Of a DNA stretch of 64,000 nt, positions 11,601 to 24,939 are shown in pieces (position 1 is the first letter of the stretch; every line of letters begins with the position of its first letter). A program made the translations under genes and the position numbers. The notes below the pieces were generated by a model. The model saw nothing but the letters and a program-made list of their open reading frames with translations. It made no database searches and was not told the origin of the DNA. Location: positions 35,278,001 to 35,342,000 of the forward strand of contig OZ024758.1 in the NCBI GenBank assembly GCA_964016885.1, in the 5' to 3' direction. Source of the DNA: Eledone cirrhosa (taxonomy: Eukaryota).

Positions 11601-13594
11601 CAATGTTGGTGAGAATTCATTTAAGTTCATGGTATTAGCTGTGAGAAGTCACTCCACTGTTGGTGAGAATTCATTTAAGTTCATGGTATTAGCTGTCAGA
11701 AGTACCTCCACTGTTGGTGAGAATTCATTTAAGTTCATGGTATTAGCTGTCAGAAGTAACTCCACTGTTGGTGAGAATTCATTTAAGTTCATGGTATTAG
11801 CTGTCAGAAGGAACTCCAATGTTGGTGAGAATTCATTTAAGTCATGGTACTAGCTGTCAGAAGTAACTCCACTGTTGGTGAGAATTCATTTAAGTTCATG
11901 GAATTAGCTGTCAGAAGGAACGCCACTGTTGGTGAGAATTCATTTAAGTTCATGGTATTAGCTGTCAGAAGTAACTCCACTGTTGGTGAGAATTCATTTA
12001 AGTTCATGGTACTAGCTGTCAGAAGTAACTCCAATGTTGGTGAGAATTCATTTAAGTTCATGGTATTAGCTGTCAGAAGGAACTCCACTGTTGGTGAGAA
12101 TTCATTTAAGTTCATGGTATTAGCTGTCAGAAGTAACTCCACTGTTGGTGAGAATTCATTTAAGTTCATGGTACTAGTTGTCAGAAGTAACTCCACTGTT
12201 GGTGAGAATTCATTTAAGTTCATGGTATTAGTTGTCAGAAGTAACTCCACTGTTGGTGAGAATTCATTTAAGTCATGGTATTAGTTGTCAGAAGTAACTC
12301 CAATGTTGGTGAGAATTCATTTAAGTTCATGGTACTAGCTGTCAGAAGTAACTCCACTGTTGGTGAGAATTCATTTAAGTTCATTGTATTAGCTGTCAGA
12401 AGTAACTCCACTGTTGGTGAGAATTCATTTAAGTCATGGTATTAGCTGTCAGAAGTAACTCCATTGTTGGTGAGAATTCATTTAAGTCATGGTACTAGCT
12501 GTCAGAAGTAACTCCACTGTTGGTGAGAATTCATTTAAGTTCATGGTATTAGCTGTCAGAAGGAACTCCACTGTTGGTGAGAATTCATTTAAGTTCATGG
12601 TACTAGCTGTCAGAAGTAACTCCACTGTTGGTGAGAATTCATTTAAGTTCATGGTATTAGTTTGTCAGAAGTAACTCCACTGTTGGTGAGAATTCATTTA
12701 AGTCATGGTATTAGTTGTCAGAAGTAACTCCAATGTTGGTGAGAATTCATTTAAGTCATGGTACTAGCTGTCAGAAGTAACTCCAATGTTGGTGAGAATT
12801 CATTTAAGTTCATGGTATTAGCTGTCAGAAGGAACTCCACTGTTGGTTAGAATTCATTTAAGTTCATGGTATTAGCTGTCAGAAGTAACTCCACCGTTGG
12901 TGAGAATTCATTTAAGTTCATGGTATTAGCTGTCAGAAGTAACTCCACTGTTGGTGAGAATTCATTTAAGTTCATGGTACTAGCTGTCAGAAGTAACTCC
13001 ACTGTTGGTGAGAATTCATTTAAGTTCATGGTTCTAGCTGTCAGAATTAACTCCACTGTTGGTGAGAATTCATTTAAGTTCATGGTACTAGCTGTCAGAA
13101 GTAACTCCACTGTTGGTGAGAATTCATTTAAGTTCATGGTATTAGCTGTCAGAAGGAACTCCAATGTTGGTGAGAATTCATTTAAGTCATGGTACTAGCT
13201 GTCAGAAGTAACTCCACTGTTGGTGAGAATTCATTTAAGTTCATGGTATTAGCTGTCAGAAGGAACGCCACTGTTGGTGAGAATTCATTTAAGTTCATGG
13301 TATTAGCTGTCAGAAGTAACTCCACTGTTGGTGAGAATTCATTTAAGTTCATGGTACTAGCTGTCAGAAGTAACTCCAATGTTGGTGAGAATTCATTTAA
13401 GTTCATGGTATTAGCTGTCAGAAGTCACTCCACTGTTGGTGATAATTCATTTAAGTTCATGGTATTAGCTGTCAGAAGTAACTCCACTGTTGGTGAGAAT
13501 TCATTTAAGTTCATGGTACTAGTTGTCAGAAGTAACTCCACTGTTGGTGAGAATTCATTTAAGTTCATGGTACTAGCTGTCAGAAGTAACTCCA
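8610..13594. repeat. ~5-kb near-identical duplicate of 1-4985 (offset 8,609 bp, ~160 monomers)
   Basis: Every ORF from 1..414 to 4580 recurs at +8,609. Private variants are shared at exactly this offset: GTTGTTGAG (41/8650), GGCATT (441/9050), GGAATT (3291/11900), GGTTAG (4236/12845). Identity breaks at 4986/13595 (AAT vs ACT). Confidence 0.93.
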
Positions 13595-14505
13595 CTGTTG
13601 GTGAGAATTCATTTAAGTTCATGGTATTAGTTTGTCAGAAGTAACTCCACTGTTGGTGAGAATTCATTTAAGTCATGGTACTAGCTGTCAGAAGTAACTC
13701 CAATGTTGGTGAGAATTCATTTAAGTTCATGGTATTAGCTGTCAGAAGGAACTCCACTGTTGGTTAGAATTCATTTAAGTTCATGGTATTAGCTGTCAGA
13801 AGTAACTCCACCGTTGGTGAGAATTCATTTAAGTTCATGGTATTAGCTGTCAGAAGTAACTCCACTGTTGGTGAGAATTCATTTAAGTTCATGGTACTAG
13901 CTGTCAGAAGTAACTCCACTGTTGGTGAGAATTCATTTAAGTTCATGGTTCTAGCTGTCAGAATTAACTCCACTGTTGGTGAGAATTCATTTAAGTTCAT
14001 GGTACTAGCTGTCAGAAGTAACTCCACTGTTGGTGAGAATTCATTTAAGTTCATGGTATTAGCTGTCAGAAGGAACTCCAATGTTGGTGAGAATTCATTT
14101 AAGTCATGGTACTAGCTGTCAGAAGTAACTCCACTGTTGGTGAGAATTCATTTAAGTTCATGGTATTAGCTGTCAGAAGGAACGCCACTGTTGGTGAGAA
14201 TTCATTTAAGTTCATGGTATTAGCTGTCAGAAGTAACTCCACTGTTGGTGAGAATTCATTTAAGTTCATGGTACTAGCTGTCAGAAGTAACTCCAATGTT
14301 GGTGAGAATTCATTTAAGTTCATGGTATTAGCTGTCAGAAGTCACTCCACTGTTGGTGATAATTCATTTAAGTTCATGGTATTAGCTGTCAGAAGTAACT
14401 CCACTGTTGGTGAGAATTCATTTAAGTTCATGGTACTAGTTGTCAGAAGTAACTCCACTGTTGGTGAGAATTCATTTAAGTTCATGGTACTAGCTGTCAG
14501 AAGTA
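12758..14505. repeat. Tandem duplication with 917-bp period (17 monomers)
   Basis: ORF offsets are 12866/13783 and 13189/14106. GGTTAG, CACCGTT, AGAATTAAC and GATAATT are shared at +917. Confidence 0.87.
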
Positions 14506-17229
14506 ACCCCAATGTTGGTAAGAATTCATTTAAGTTCATGATATTAGCTGTCAGAAGTAACACCACTGTTGGTGAGAATTCATTTAAGTTCATGGTACTA
14601 GCTGTCAGAAGTAACTCCACTGTTGGTGAGAATTCATTTAAGTTTATGGTACTAGCTGTCAGAAGTAACCCCAATGTTGGTGAGAATTCATTTAAGTTCA
14701 TGGTATTAGCTGTCAGAAGTCACTCCAATGTTGGTGAGAATTCATTTAAGTTCATGGTATTAGCTGTCAGAAGTAACTCCACTGTTGGTGAGAATTCATT
14801 TAAGTTCATGGTATTAGCTGTCAGAAGCAACTCCACTGTTGGTGAGAATTCATTTAAGTTCATGGTATTAGCTGTCAGAAGTAACTCCACTGTTGGTGAG
14901 AATTCATTTAAGTTCATGGTATTAGCTGTCAGAAGGAACTCCAATGTTGGTGAGAATTCATTTAAGTCATGGTACTAGCTGTCAGAAGTAACTCCACTGT
15001 TGGTGAGAATTCATTTAAGTTTATGGTACTAGCTGTCAGAAGTAACTCCAATGTTGGTAAGAATTCATTTAAGTTCATGATATTAGCTGTCAGAAGTAAC
15101 TCCACTGTTGGTGAGAATTCATTTAAGTTCATGGTACTAGCTGTCAGAAGTAACTCCACTGTTGGTGAGAATTCATTTAAGTTTATGGTACTAGCTGTCA
15201 GAAGTAACCCCAATGTTGATGAGAATTCATTTAAGTTCATGGTATTAGCTGTCAGAAGTCACTCCAATGTTGGTGAGAATTCATTTCAGTTCATGGTATT
15301 AGCTGTCAGAAGTCACTCCACTGTTGGTGAGAATTCATTTAAGTTCATGGTACTAGCTGTCAGAAGTAACCCCAATGTTGCTGAGAATTCATTTAAGTTC
15401 ATGGTATTAGCTGTCAGAAGTCACTCCAATGTTGGTGAGAATTCATTTAAGTTCATGGTATTAGCTGTCAGAAGTAACTCCACTGTTGGTGAGAATTCAT
15501 TTAAGTTCATGGTATTAGCTGTCAGAAGTAACTCCACTGTTGGTGAGAATTCATTTAAGTTCATGGTATTAGCTGTCAGAAGTAACTCCACTGTTGGTGA
15601 GAATTCATTTAAGTTCATGGTATTACCTGTCAGAAGGAACTCCAATGTTGGTGAGAATTCATTTAAGTCATGGTACTAGCTGTCAGAAGTAACTCCACTG
15701 TTGGTGAGAATTCATTTAAGTTCATGGTATTAGCTGTCAGAAGGAACGCCACTGTTGGTGAGAATTCATTTAAGTTCGTGGTATTAGCTATCAGAAGTAA
15801 CTCCACTGTTGGTGAGAATTCATTTAAGTTCATGGTACTAGCTGTCAGAAGTAACTCCAATGTTGGTGAGAATTCATTTAAGTTCATGGTATTAGCTGTC
15901 AGAAGGAACTCCACTGTTGGTGAGAATTCATTTAAGTCTTGGTATTAGTTGTCAGAAGTAACTCCAATGTTGGTGAGAATTCATATAAGTTCATGGTACT
16001 AGCTGTCAGAAGTAACTCCACTGTTGGTGAGAATTCATTTAAGTTCATGGTACTAGCTGTCAGAAGTAACTCCACTGTTGGTGAGAATTCATTTAAGTTC
16101 ATGGTACTAGCTGTCAGAAGTAACCCCAATGTTGGTGAGAATTCATTTAAGTTCATGGTATTAGCTGTCAGAAGTCACTCCAATGTTGGTGAGAATTCAT
16201 TTAAGTTCATGGTATTAGCTGTTAGAAGTCACTCCACTGTTGGTGAGAATTCATTTAAGTTCATGGTACTAGCTGTCATAAGTAACCCCAATGTTGGTGA
16301 GAATTCATTTAAGTTCATGGTATTAGCTGTCAGAAGTCACTCCAATGTTGGTGAGAATTCATTTAAGTTCATGGTATTAGCTGTCAGAAGTAACTCCACT
16401 GTTGGTGAGAATTCGTTTAAGTTCATGGTATTAGCTGTCAGAAGCAACTCCACTGTTGGTGAGAATTCATTTAAGTTCATGGTATTAGCTGTCAGAAGTA
16501 ACTCCACTGTTGGTGAGAATTCATTTAAGTTCATGGTATTAGCTGTCAGAAGGAACTCCAATGTTGGTGAGAATTCATTTAAGTCATGGTACTAGCTGTC
16601 AGAAGTAACTCCACTGTTGGTGAGAATTCATTTAAGTTCATGGTATTAGCTGTCAGAAGGAACGCCACTGTTGGTGAGAATTCATTTAAGTTCATGGTAT
16701 TAGCTGTCAGAAGTAACTCCACTGTTGGTGAGAATTCATTTAAGTTCATGGTACTAGCTGTCAGAAGTAACTCCAATGTTGGTGAGAATTCATTTAAGTT
16801 CATGGTATTAGCTGTCACAAGGAACTCCACTGTTGGTGAGAATTCATTTAATTCATGGTATTAGCTGTCAGAAGTAAATCCAATGTTGGTGAGAATTCAT
16901 TTAAGTTCATGGTATTAGCTGTCAGAAGTAACTCCACTGTTGGTGAGAATTCATTTAAGTTCATGGTATTAGCTGTCAGAAGGAACTCCAATGTTGGTGA
17001 GAATTCATTTAAGTCATGGTACTAGCTGTCAGAAGTAACTCCACTGTTGGTGAGAATTCATTTAAGTTCATGGTATTAGCTGTCAGAAGGAACGCCACTG
17101 TTGGTGAGAATTCATCTAAGTTCATGGTATTAGCTGTCAGAAGTAACTCCACTGTTGGTGAGAATTCATTTAAGTTCATGGTACTAGCTGTCAGAAGTAA
17201 CTCCAATGTTGGTGAGAATTCATTTAAGT

Positions 17230-20200
17230 TCATGGTATTAGCTGTCAGAAGTAACTCCACTGTTGGTGAGAATTCATTTAAGTCTTGGTGTTAGTTGTCA
17301 GAAGTAACTCCAATGTTGGTGAGAATTCATTTAAGTTCATGGTACTAGCTGTCAGAAGTAACCCCAATGTTGGTGAGAATTCATTTAAGTTCATGGTATT
17401 AGCTGTCAGAAGTCACTCCAATGTTGGTGAGAATTCATTTAAGTTCATGGTATTAGCTGTCAGAAGTAACTCCACTGTTGGTGAGAATTCATTTAAGTTC
17501 ATGGTATTAGCTGTCAGAAGCAACTCCACTGTTGGTGAGAATTCATTTAAGTTCATGGTATTAGCTGTCAGAAGTAACTCCACTGTTGGTGAGAATTCAT
17601 TTAAGTTCATGGTATTAGCTGTCAGAAGGAACTCCAATGTTGGTGAGAATTCATTTAAGTCATGGTACTAGCTGTCAGAAGTAACTCCACTGTTGGTGAG
17701 AATTCATTTAAGTTCATGGTATTAGCTGTCAGAAGGAACGCCACTGTTGGTGAGAATTCATTTAAGTTCATGGTATTAGCTGTCAGAAGTAACTCCACTG
17801 TTGGTGAGAATTCATTTAAGTTTATGGTACTAGCTGTCAGAAGTAACTCCAATGTTGGTGAGAATTCATTTAAGTTCATGGTATTAGCTGTCAGAAGGAA
17901 CTCCACTGTTGGTGATAATTCATTTAAGTTCATGGTATTAGCTGTCAGAAGTAACTCCACTGTTGGTGAGAATTCATTTAAGTTCATGGTACTAGTTGTC
18001 AGAAGTAACTCCACTGTTGGTGAGAATTCATTTAAGTTCATGGTACTAGCTGTCAGAAGTAACTCCAATGTTGGTAAGAATTCATTTAAGTTCATGATAT
18101 TAGCTGTCAGAAGTAACTCCACTGTTGGTGAGAATTCATTTAAGTTCATGGTACTAGCTGTCAGAAGTAACTCCACTGTTGGTGAGAATTCATTTAAGTT
18201 TATGGTACTAGCTGTCAGAAGTAACCCCAATGTTGGTGAGAATTCATTTCTGTTCATGGTATTAGCTGTCAGAAGTCACTCCAATGTTGGTTAGAATTCA
18301 TTTAAGTTCATGGTATTAGCTGTCAGAAGTCACTCCACTGTTGGTGAGAATTCATTTAAGTTCATGGTACTAGCTGTCAGAAGTAACCCCAATGTTGCTG
18401 AGAATTCATTTAAGTTCATGGTATTAGCTGTCAGAAGTCACTCCAATGTTGGTGAGAATTCATTTAAGTTCATGGTATTAGCTGTCAGAAGTAACTCCAC
18501 TGTTGGTGAGAATTCATTTAAGTTCATGGTATTAGCTGTCAGAAGTAACTCCACTGTTGGTGAGAATTCATTTAAGTTCATGGTATTAGCTGTCAGACGT
18601 AACTCCACTGTTGGTGAGAATTCATTTGAGTTCATGGTATTACCTGTCAGAAGGAACTCCAATGTTGGTGAGAATTCATTTAAGTCATGGTACTAGCTGT
18701 CAGAAGTAACTCCACTGTTGGTGAGAATTCATTTAAGTTCATGGTATTAGCTGTCAGAAGGAACGCCACTGTTGGTGAGAATTCATTTAAGTTCATGGTA
18801 TTAGCTATCAGAAGTAACTCCACTGTTGGTGAGAATTCATTTAAGTTCATGGTACTAGCTGTCAGAAGTAACTCCAATGTTGGTGAGAATTCATTTAAGT
18901 TCATGGTATTAGCTGTCAGAAGGAACTCCACTGTTGGTGAGAATTCATTTAAGTCTTGGTATTAGTTGTCAGAAGTAACTCCAATGTTGGTGAGAATTCA
19001 TTTAAGTTCATGGTACTAGCTGTCAGAAGTAACTCCACTGTTGGTGAGAATTCATTTAAGTTCATGGTACTAGCTGTCAGAAGTAACTCCAATGTTGGTG
19101 AGAATTCATTTAAGTTCATGGTATTAGCTGTCAGAAGTAACTCCACTTTTGGTGAGAATTCATTTAAGTTCATGGTACTAGCTGTCAGAAGTAACTCCAC
19201 TGTTGGTGAGAATTCATTTAAGTTCATGGTATTAGCTGTCAGAAGTAACTCCACTGTTGGTGAGAATTCATTTAAGTTCATGGTACTAGCTGTCAGAAGT
19301 AACCCCAATGTTGGTGAGAATTCATTTAAGTTCATGGTATTAGCTGTCAGAAGTCACTCCAATGTTGGTGAGAATTCATTTAAGTTCATGGTATTAGCTG
19401 TTAGAAGTCACTCCACTGTTGGTGAGAATTCATTTAAGTTCATGGTACTAGCTGTCAGAAGTAACCCCAATGTTGGTGAGAATTCATTTAAGTTCATGGT
19501 ATTAGCTGTCAGAAGTCACTCCAATGTTGGTGAGAATTCGTTTAAGTTCATGGTATTAGCTGTCAGAAGCAACTCCACTGTTGGTGAGAATTCATTTAAG
19601 TTCATGGTATTAGCTGTCAGAAGTAACTCCACTGTTGGTGAGAATTCATTTAAGTTCATGGTATTAGCTGTCAGAAGGAACTCCACTGTTGGTGATAATT
19701 CATTTAAGTTCATGGTATTAGCTGTCAGAAGTAACTCCACTGTTGGTGAGAATTCATTTAAGTTCATGGTACTAGTTGTCAGAAGTAACTCCACTGTTGG
19801 TGAGAATTCATTTAAGTTCATGGTACTAGCTGTCAGAAGTAACTCCAATGTTGGTAAGAATTCATTTAAGTTCATGATATTAGCTGTCAGAAGTAACTCC
19901 ACTGTTGGTGAGAATTCATTTAAGTTCATGGTACTAGCTGTCAGAAGTAACTCCACTGTTGGTGAGAATTCATTTAAGTTTATGGTACTAGCTGTCAGAA
20001 GTAACCCCAATGTTGGTGAGAATTCATTTAAGTTCATGGTATTAGCTGTCAGAAGTCACTCCAATGTTGGTGAGAATTCATTTCAGTTCATGGTATTAGC
20101 TGTCAGAAGTCACTCCACTGTTGGTGAGAATTCATTTAAGTTCATGGTACTAGCTGTCAGAAGTAACCCCAATGTTGCTGAGAATTCATTTAAGTTCATG

Positions 20201-23200
20201 GTATTAGCTGTCAGAAGTCACTCCAATGTTGGTGAGAATTCATTTAAGTTCATGGTATTAGCTGTCAGAAGTAACTCCACTGTTGGTGAGAATTCATTTA
20301 AGTTCATGGTATTAGCTGTCAGAAGTAACTCCACTGTTGGTGAGAATTCATTTAAGTTCATGGTATTAGCTGTCAGAAGTAACTCCACTGTTGGTGAGAA
20401 TTCATTTAAGTTCATGGTATTACCTGTCAGAAGGAACTCCAATGTTGGTGAGAATTCATTTAAGTCATGGTACTAGCTGTCAGAAGTAACTCCACTGTTG
20501 GTGAGAATTCATTTAAGTTCATGGTATTAGCTGTCAGAAGGAACGCCACTGTTGGTGAGAATTCATTTAAGTTCATGGTATTAGCTATCAGAAGTAACTC
20601 CACTGTTGGTGAGAATTCATTTAAGTTCATGGTACTAGCTGTCAGAAGTAACTCCAATGTTGGTGAGAATTCATTTAAGTTCATGGTATTAGCTGTCAGA
20701 AGGAACTCCACTGTTGGTGAGAATTCATTTAAGTCTTGGTATTAGTTGTCAGAAGTAACTCCAATGTTGGTGAGAATTCATTTAAGTTCATGGTACTAGC
20801 TGTCAGAAGTAACTCCACTGTTGGTGAGAATTCATTTAAGTTCATGGTACTAGCTGTCAGAAGTAACTCCAATGTTGGTGAGAATTCATTTACGTTCATG
20901 GTATTAGCTGTCACAAGGAACTCCACTGTTGGTGAGAATTCATTTAATTCATGGTATTAGCTGTCAGAAGTAAATCCAATGTTGGTGAGAATTCATTTAA
21001 GTTCATGGTATTAGCTGTCAGAAGTAACTCCACTGTTGGTGAGAATTCATTTAAGTTCATGGTATTAGCTGTCAGAAGGAACTCCAATGTTGGTGAGAAT
21101 TCATTTAAGTTCATGGTATTAGCTGTTAGAAGTCACTCCACTGTTGGTGAGAATTCATTTAAGTTCATGGTACTAGCTGTCAGAAGTAACCCCAATGTTG
21201 GTGAGAATTCATTTAAGTTCATGGTATTAGCTGTCAGAAGTCACTCCAATGTTGGTGAGAATTCATTTAAGTTCATGGTATTAGCTGTCAGAAGTAACTC
21301 CACTGTTGGTGAGAATTCGTTTAAGTTCATGGTATTAGCTGTCAGAAGTAACTCCACTGTTGGTGAGAATTCATTTAAGTCTTGGTGTTAGTTGTCAGAA
21401 GTAACTCCAATGTTGGTGAGAATTCATTTAAGTTCATGGTACTAGCTGTCAGAAGTAACCCCAATGTTGGTGAGAATTCATTTAAGTTCATGGTATTAGC
21501 TGTCAGAAGTCACTCCAATGTTGGTGAGAATTCATTTAAGTTCATGGTATTAGCTGTCAGAAGTAACTCCACTGTTGGTGAGTATTCATTTAAGTTCATG
21601 GTATTAGCTGTCAGAAGCAACTCCACTGTTGGTGAGAATTCATTTAAGTTCATGGTATTAGCTGTCAGAAGTAACTCCACTGTTGGTGAGAATTCATTTA
21701 AGTTCATGGTATTAGCTGTCAGAAGGAACTCCAATGTTGGTGAGAATTCATTTAAGTCATGGTACTAGCTGTCAGAAGTAACTCCACTGTTGGTGAGAAT
21801 TCATTTAAGTTCATGGTATTAGCTGTCAGAAGGAACGCCACTGTTGGTGAGAATTCATTTAAGTTCATGGTATTAGCTGTCAGAAGTAACTCCACTGTTG
21901 GTGAGAATTCATTTAAGTTCATGGTACTAGCTGTCAGAAGTAACTCCAATGTTGGTGAGAATTCATTTAAGTTCATGGTATTAGCTGTCAGAAGGAACTC
22001 CATTGTTGGTGATAATTCATTTAAGTTCATGGTATTAGCTGTCAGAAGTAACTCCACTGTTGGTGAGAATTCATTTAAGTTCATGGTACTAGTTGTCAGA
22101 AGTAACTCCACTGTTGGTGAGAATTCATTTAAGTTCATGGTACTAGCTGTCAGAAGTAACTCCAATGTTGGTAAGAATTCATTTAAGTTCATGATATTAG
22201 CTGTCAGAAGTAACTCCACTGTTGGTGAGAATTCATTTAAGTTCATGGTACTAGCTGTCAGAAGTAACTCCACTGTTGGTGAGAATTCATTTAAGTTTAT
22301 GGTACTAGCTGTCAGAAGTAACCCCAATGTTGGTGAGAATTCATTTAAGTTCATGGTATTAGCTGTCAGAAGTCACTCCAATGTTGGTTAGAATTCATTT
22401 AAGTTCATGGTATTAGCTGTCAGAAGTCACTCCACTGTTGGTGAGAATTCATTTAAGTTCATGGTACTAGCTGTCAGAAGTAACCCCAATGTTGCTGAGA
22501 ATTCATTTAAGTTCATGGTATTAGCTGTCAGAAGTCACTCCAATGTTGGTGAGAATTCATTTAAGTTCATGGTATTAGCTGTCAGAAGTAACTCCACTGT
22601 TGGTGAGAATTCATTTAAGTTCATGGTATTAGCTGTCAGAAGTAACTCCACTGTTGGTGAGAATTCATTTAAGTTCATGGTATTAGCTGTCAGAAGTAAC
22701 TCCACTGTTGGTGAGAATTCATTTAAGTTCATGGTATTACCTGTCAGAAGGAACTCCAATGTTGGTGAGAATTCATTTAAGTCATGGTACTAGCTGTCAG
22801 AAGTAACTCCACTGTTGGTGAGAATTCATTTAAGTTCATGGTATTAGCTGTCAGAAGGAACGCCACTGTTGGTGAGAATTCATTTAAGTTCATGGTATTA
22901 GCTATCAGAAGTAACTCCACTGTTGGTGAGAATTCATTTAAGTTCATGGTACTAGCTGTCAGAAGTAACTCCAATGTTGGTGAGAATTCATTTAAGTTCA
23001 TGGTATTAGCTGTCAGAAGGAACTCCACTGTTGGTGAGAATTCATTTAAGTCTTGGTATTAGTTGTCAGAAGTAACTCCAATGTTGGTGAGAATTCATTT
23101 AAGTTCATGGTACTAGCTGTCAGAAGTAACTCCACTGTTGGTGAGAATTCATTTAAGTTCATGGTACTAGCTGTCAGAAGTAACTCCAATGTTGGTGAGA

Positions 23201-23600
23201 ATTCATTTAAGTTCATGGTATTAGCTGTCAGAAGTAACTCCACTGTTGGTGAGAATTCATTTAAGTTCATGGTACTAGCTGTCAGAAGTAACTCCACTGT
23301 TGGTGAGAATTCATTTAAGTTCATGGTATTAGCTGTCAGAAGTAACTCCACTGTTGGTGAGAATTCATTTAAGTTCATGGTACTAGCTGTCAGAAGTAAC
23401 CCCAATGTTGGTGAGAATTCATTTAAGTTCATGGTATTAGCTGTCAGAAGTGACTCCAATGTTGGTGAGAATTCATTTAAGTTCATGGTATTAGCTGTTA
23501 GAAGTCACTCCACTGTTGGTGAGAATTCATTTAAGTTCATGGTACTAGCTGTCAGAAGTAACCCCAATGTTGGTGAGAATTCATTTAAGTTCATGGTATT
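17230..23600. repeat. Higher-order duplication with 4,097-bp offset (76 monomers; ~17.2-19.5 kb copied at ~21.3-23.6 kb), containing a 1,780-bp (33-mer) duplication
   Basis: ORF offsets of 4,097: 17285/21382, 17662/21759, 18310/22407, 18687/22784, 18956/23053. Offsets of 1,780: 18687/20467, 18956/20736. Shared variants include GGTAAG...ATGATA, TTTATGG, GTTGCTGAG and GCTATC. Each copy also has private substitutions. Confidence 0.85.
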
Positions 23601-24939
23601 AGCTGTCAGAAGTCACTCCAATGTTGGTGAGAATTCATTTAAGTTCATGGTATTAGCTGTCAGAAGTAACTCCACTGTTGGTGAGAATTCGTTTAAGTTC
23701 ATGGTATTAGCTGTCAGAAGCAACTCCACTGTTGGTGAGAATTCATTTAAGTTCATGGTATTAGCTGTCAGAAGTAACTCCACTGTTGGTGAGAATTCAT
23801 TTAAGTTCATGGTATTAGCTGTCAGAAGGAACTCCAATGTTGGTGAGAATTCATTTAAGTTCATGGTATTAGCTGTCAGAAGGAACTCCACTGTTGGTGA
23901 GAATTCATTTAAGTTCATGGTATTAGCTGTCAGAAGTAACTCCACTGTTGGTGAGAATTCATTTAAGTTCATGGTACTAGTTGTCAGAAGTAACTCCACT
24001 GTTGGTGAGAATTCATTTAAGTTCATGGTATTAGTTCGTCAGAAGTAACTCCACTGTTGGTGAGAATTCATTTAAGTCATGGTATTAGTTGTCAGAAGTA
24101 ACTCCAATGTTGGTGAGAATTCATTTAAGTCATGGTACTAGCTGTCAGAAGTAACTCCAATGTTGGTGAGAATTCATTTAAGTTCATGGTATTAGCTGTC
24201 AGAAGGAACTCCACTGTTGGTGAGAATTCATTTAAGTTCATGGTACTAGCTGTCAGAAGTAACTCTAATGTTGGTGAGAATTCATTTAAGTTCATGGTAT
24301 TACCTGTCAGAAGGAACTCCAATGTTGGTGAGAATTCATTTAAGTCATGGTACTAGCTGTCAGAAGTAACTCCACTGTTGGTGAGAATTCATTTAAGTTC
24401 ATGGTATTAGCTGTCAGAAGGAACGCCACTGTTGGTGAGAATTCATTTAAGTTCATGGTATTAGCTATCAGAAGTAACTCCACTGTTGGTGAGAATTCAT
24501 TTAAGTTCATGGTACTAGCTGTCAGAAGTAACTCCAATGTTGGTGAGAATTCATTTACGTTCATGGTATTAGCTGTCAGAAGGAACTCCACTGTTGGTGA
24601 GAATTCATTTAAGTCTTGGTATTAGTTGTCAGAAGTAACTCCAATGTTGGTGAGAATTCATTTAAGTTCATGGTACTAGCTGTCAGAAGTAACTCCACTG
24701 TTGGTGAGAATTCATTTAAGTTCTTGGTACTAGCTGTCAGAAGTAACTCCAATGTTGGTGAGAATTCATTTAAGTTCATGGTATTAGCTGTCAGAAGTAA
24801 CTCCACTGTTGGTGAGAATTCATTTAAGTTCATGGTACTAGCTGTCAGAAGTAACTCCACTGTTGGTGAGAATTCATTTAAGTTCATGGTATTAGCTGTC
24901 AGAAGTAACTCCACTGTTGGTGAGAATTCATTTAAGTTC

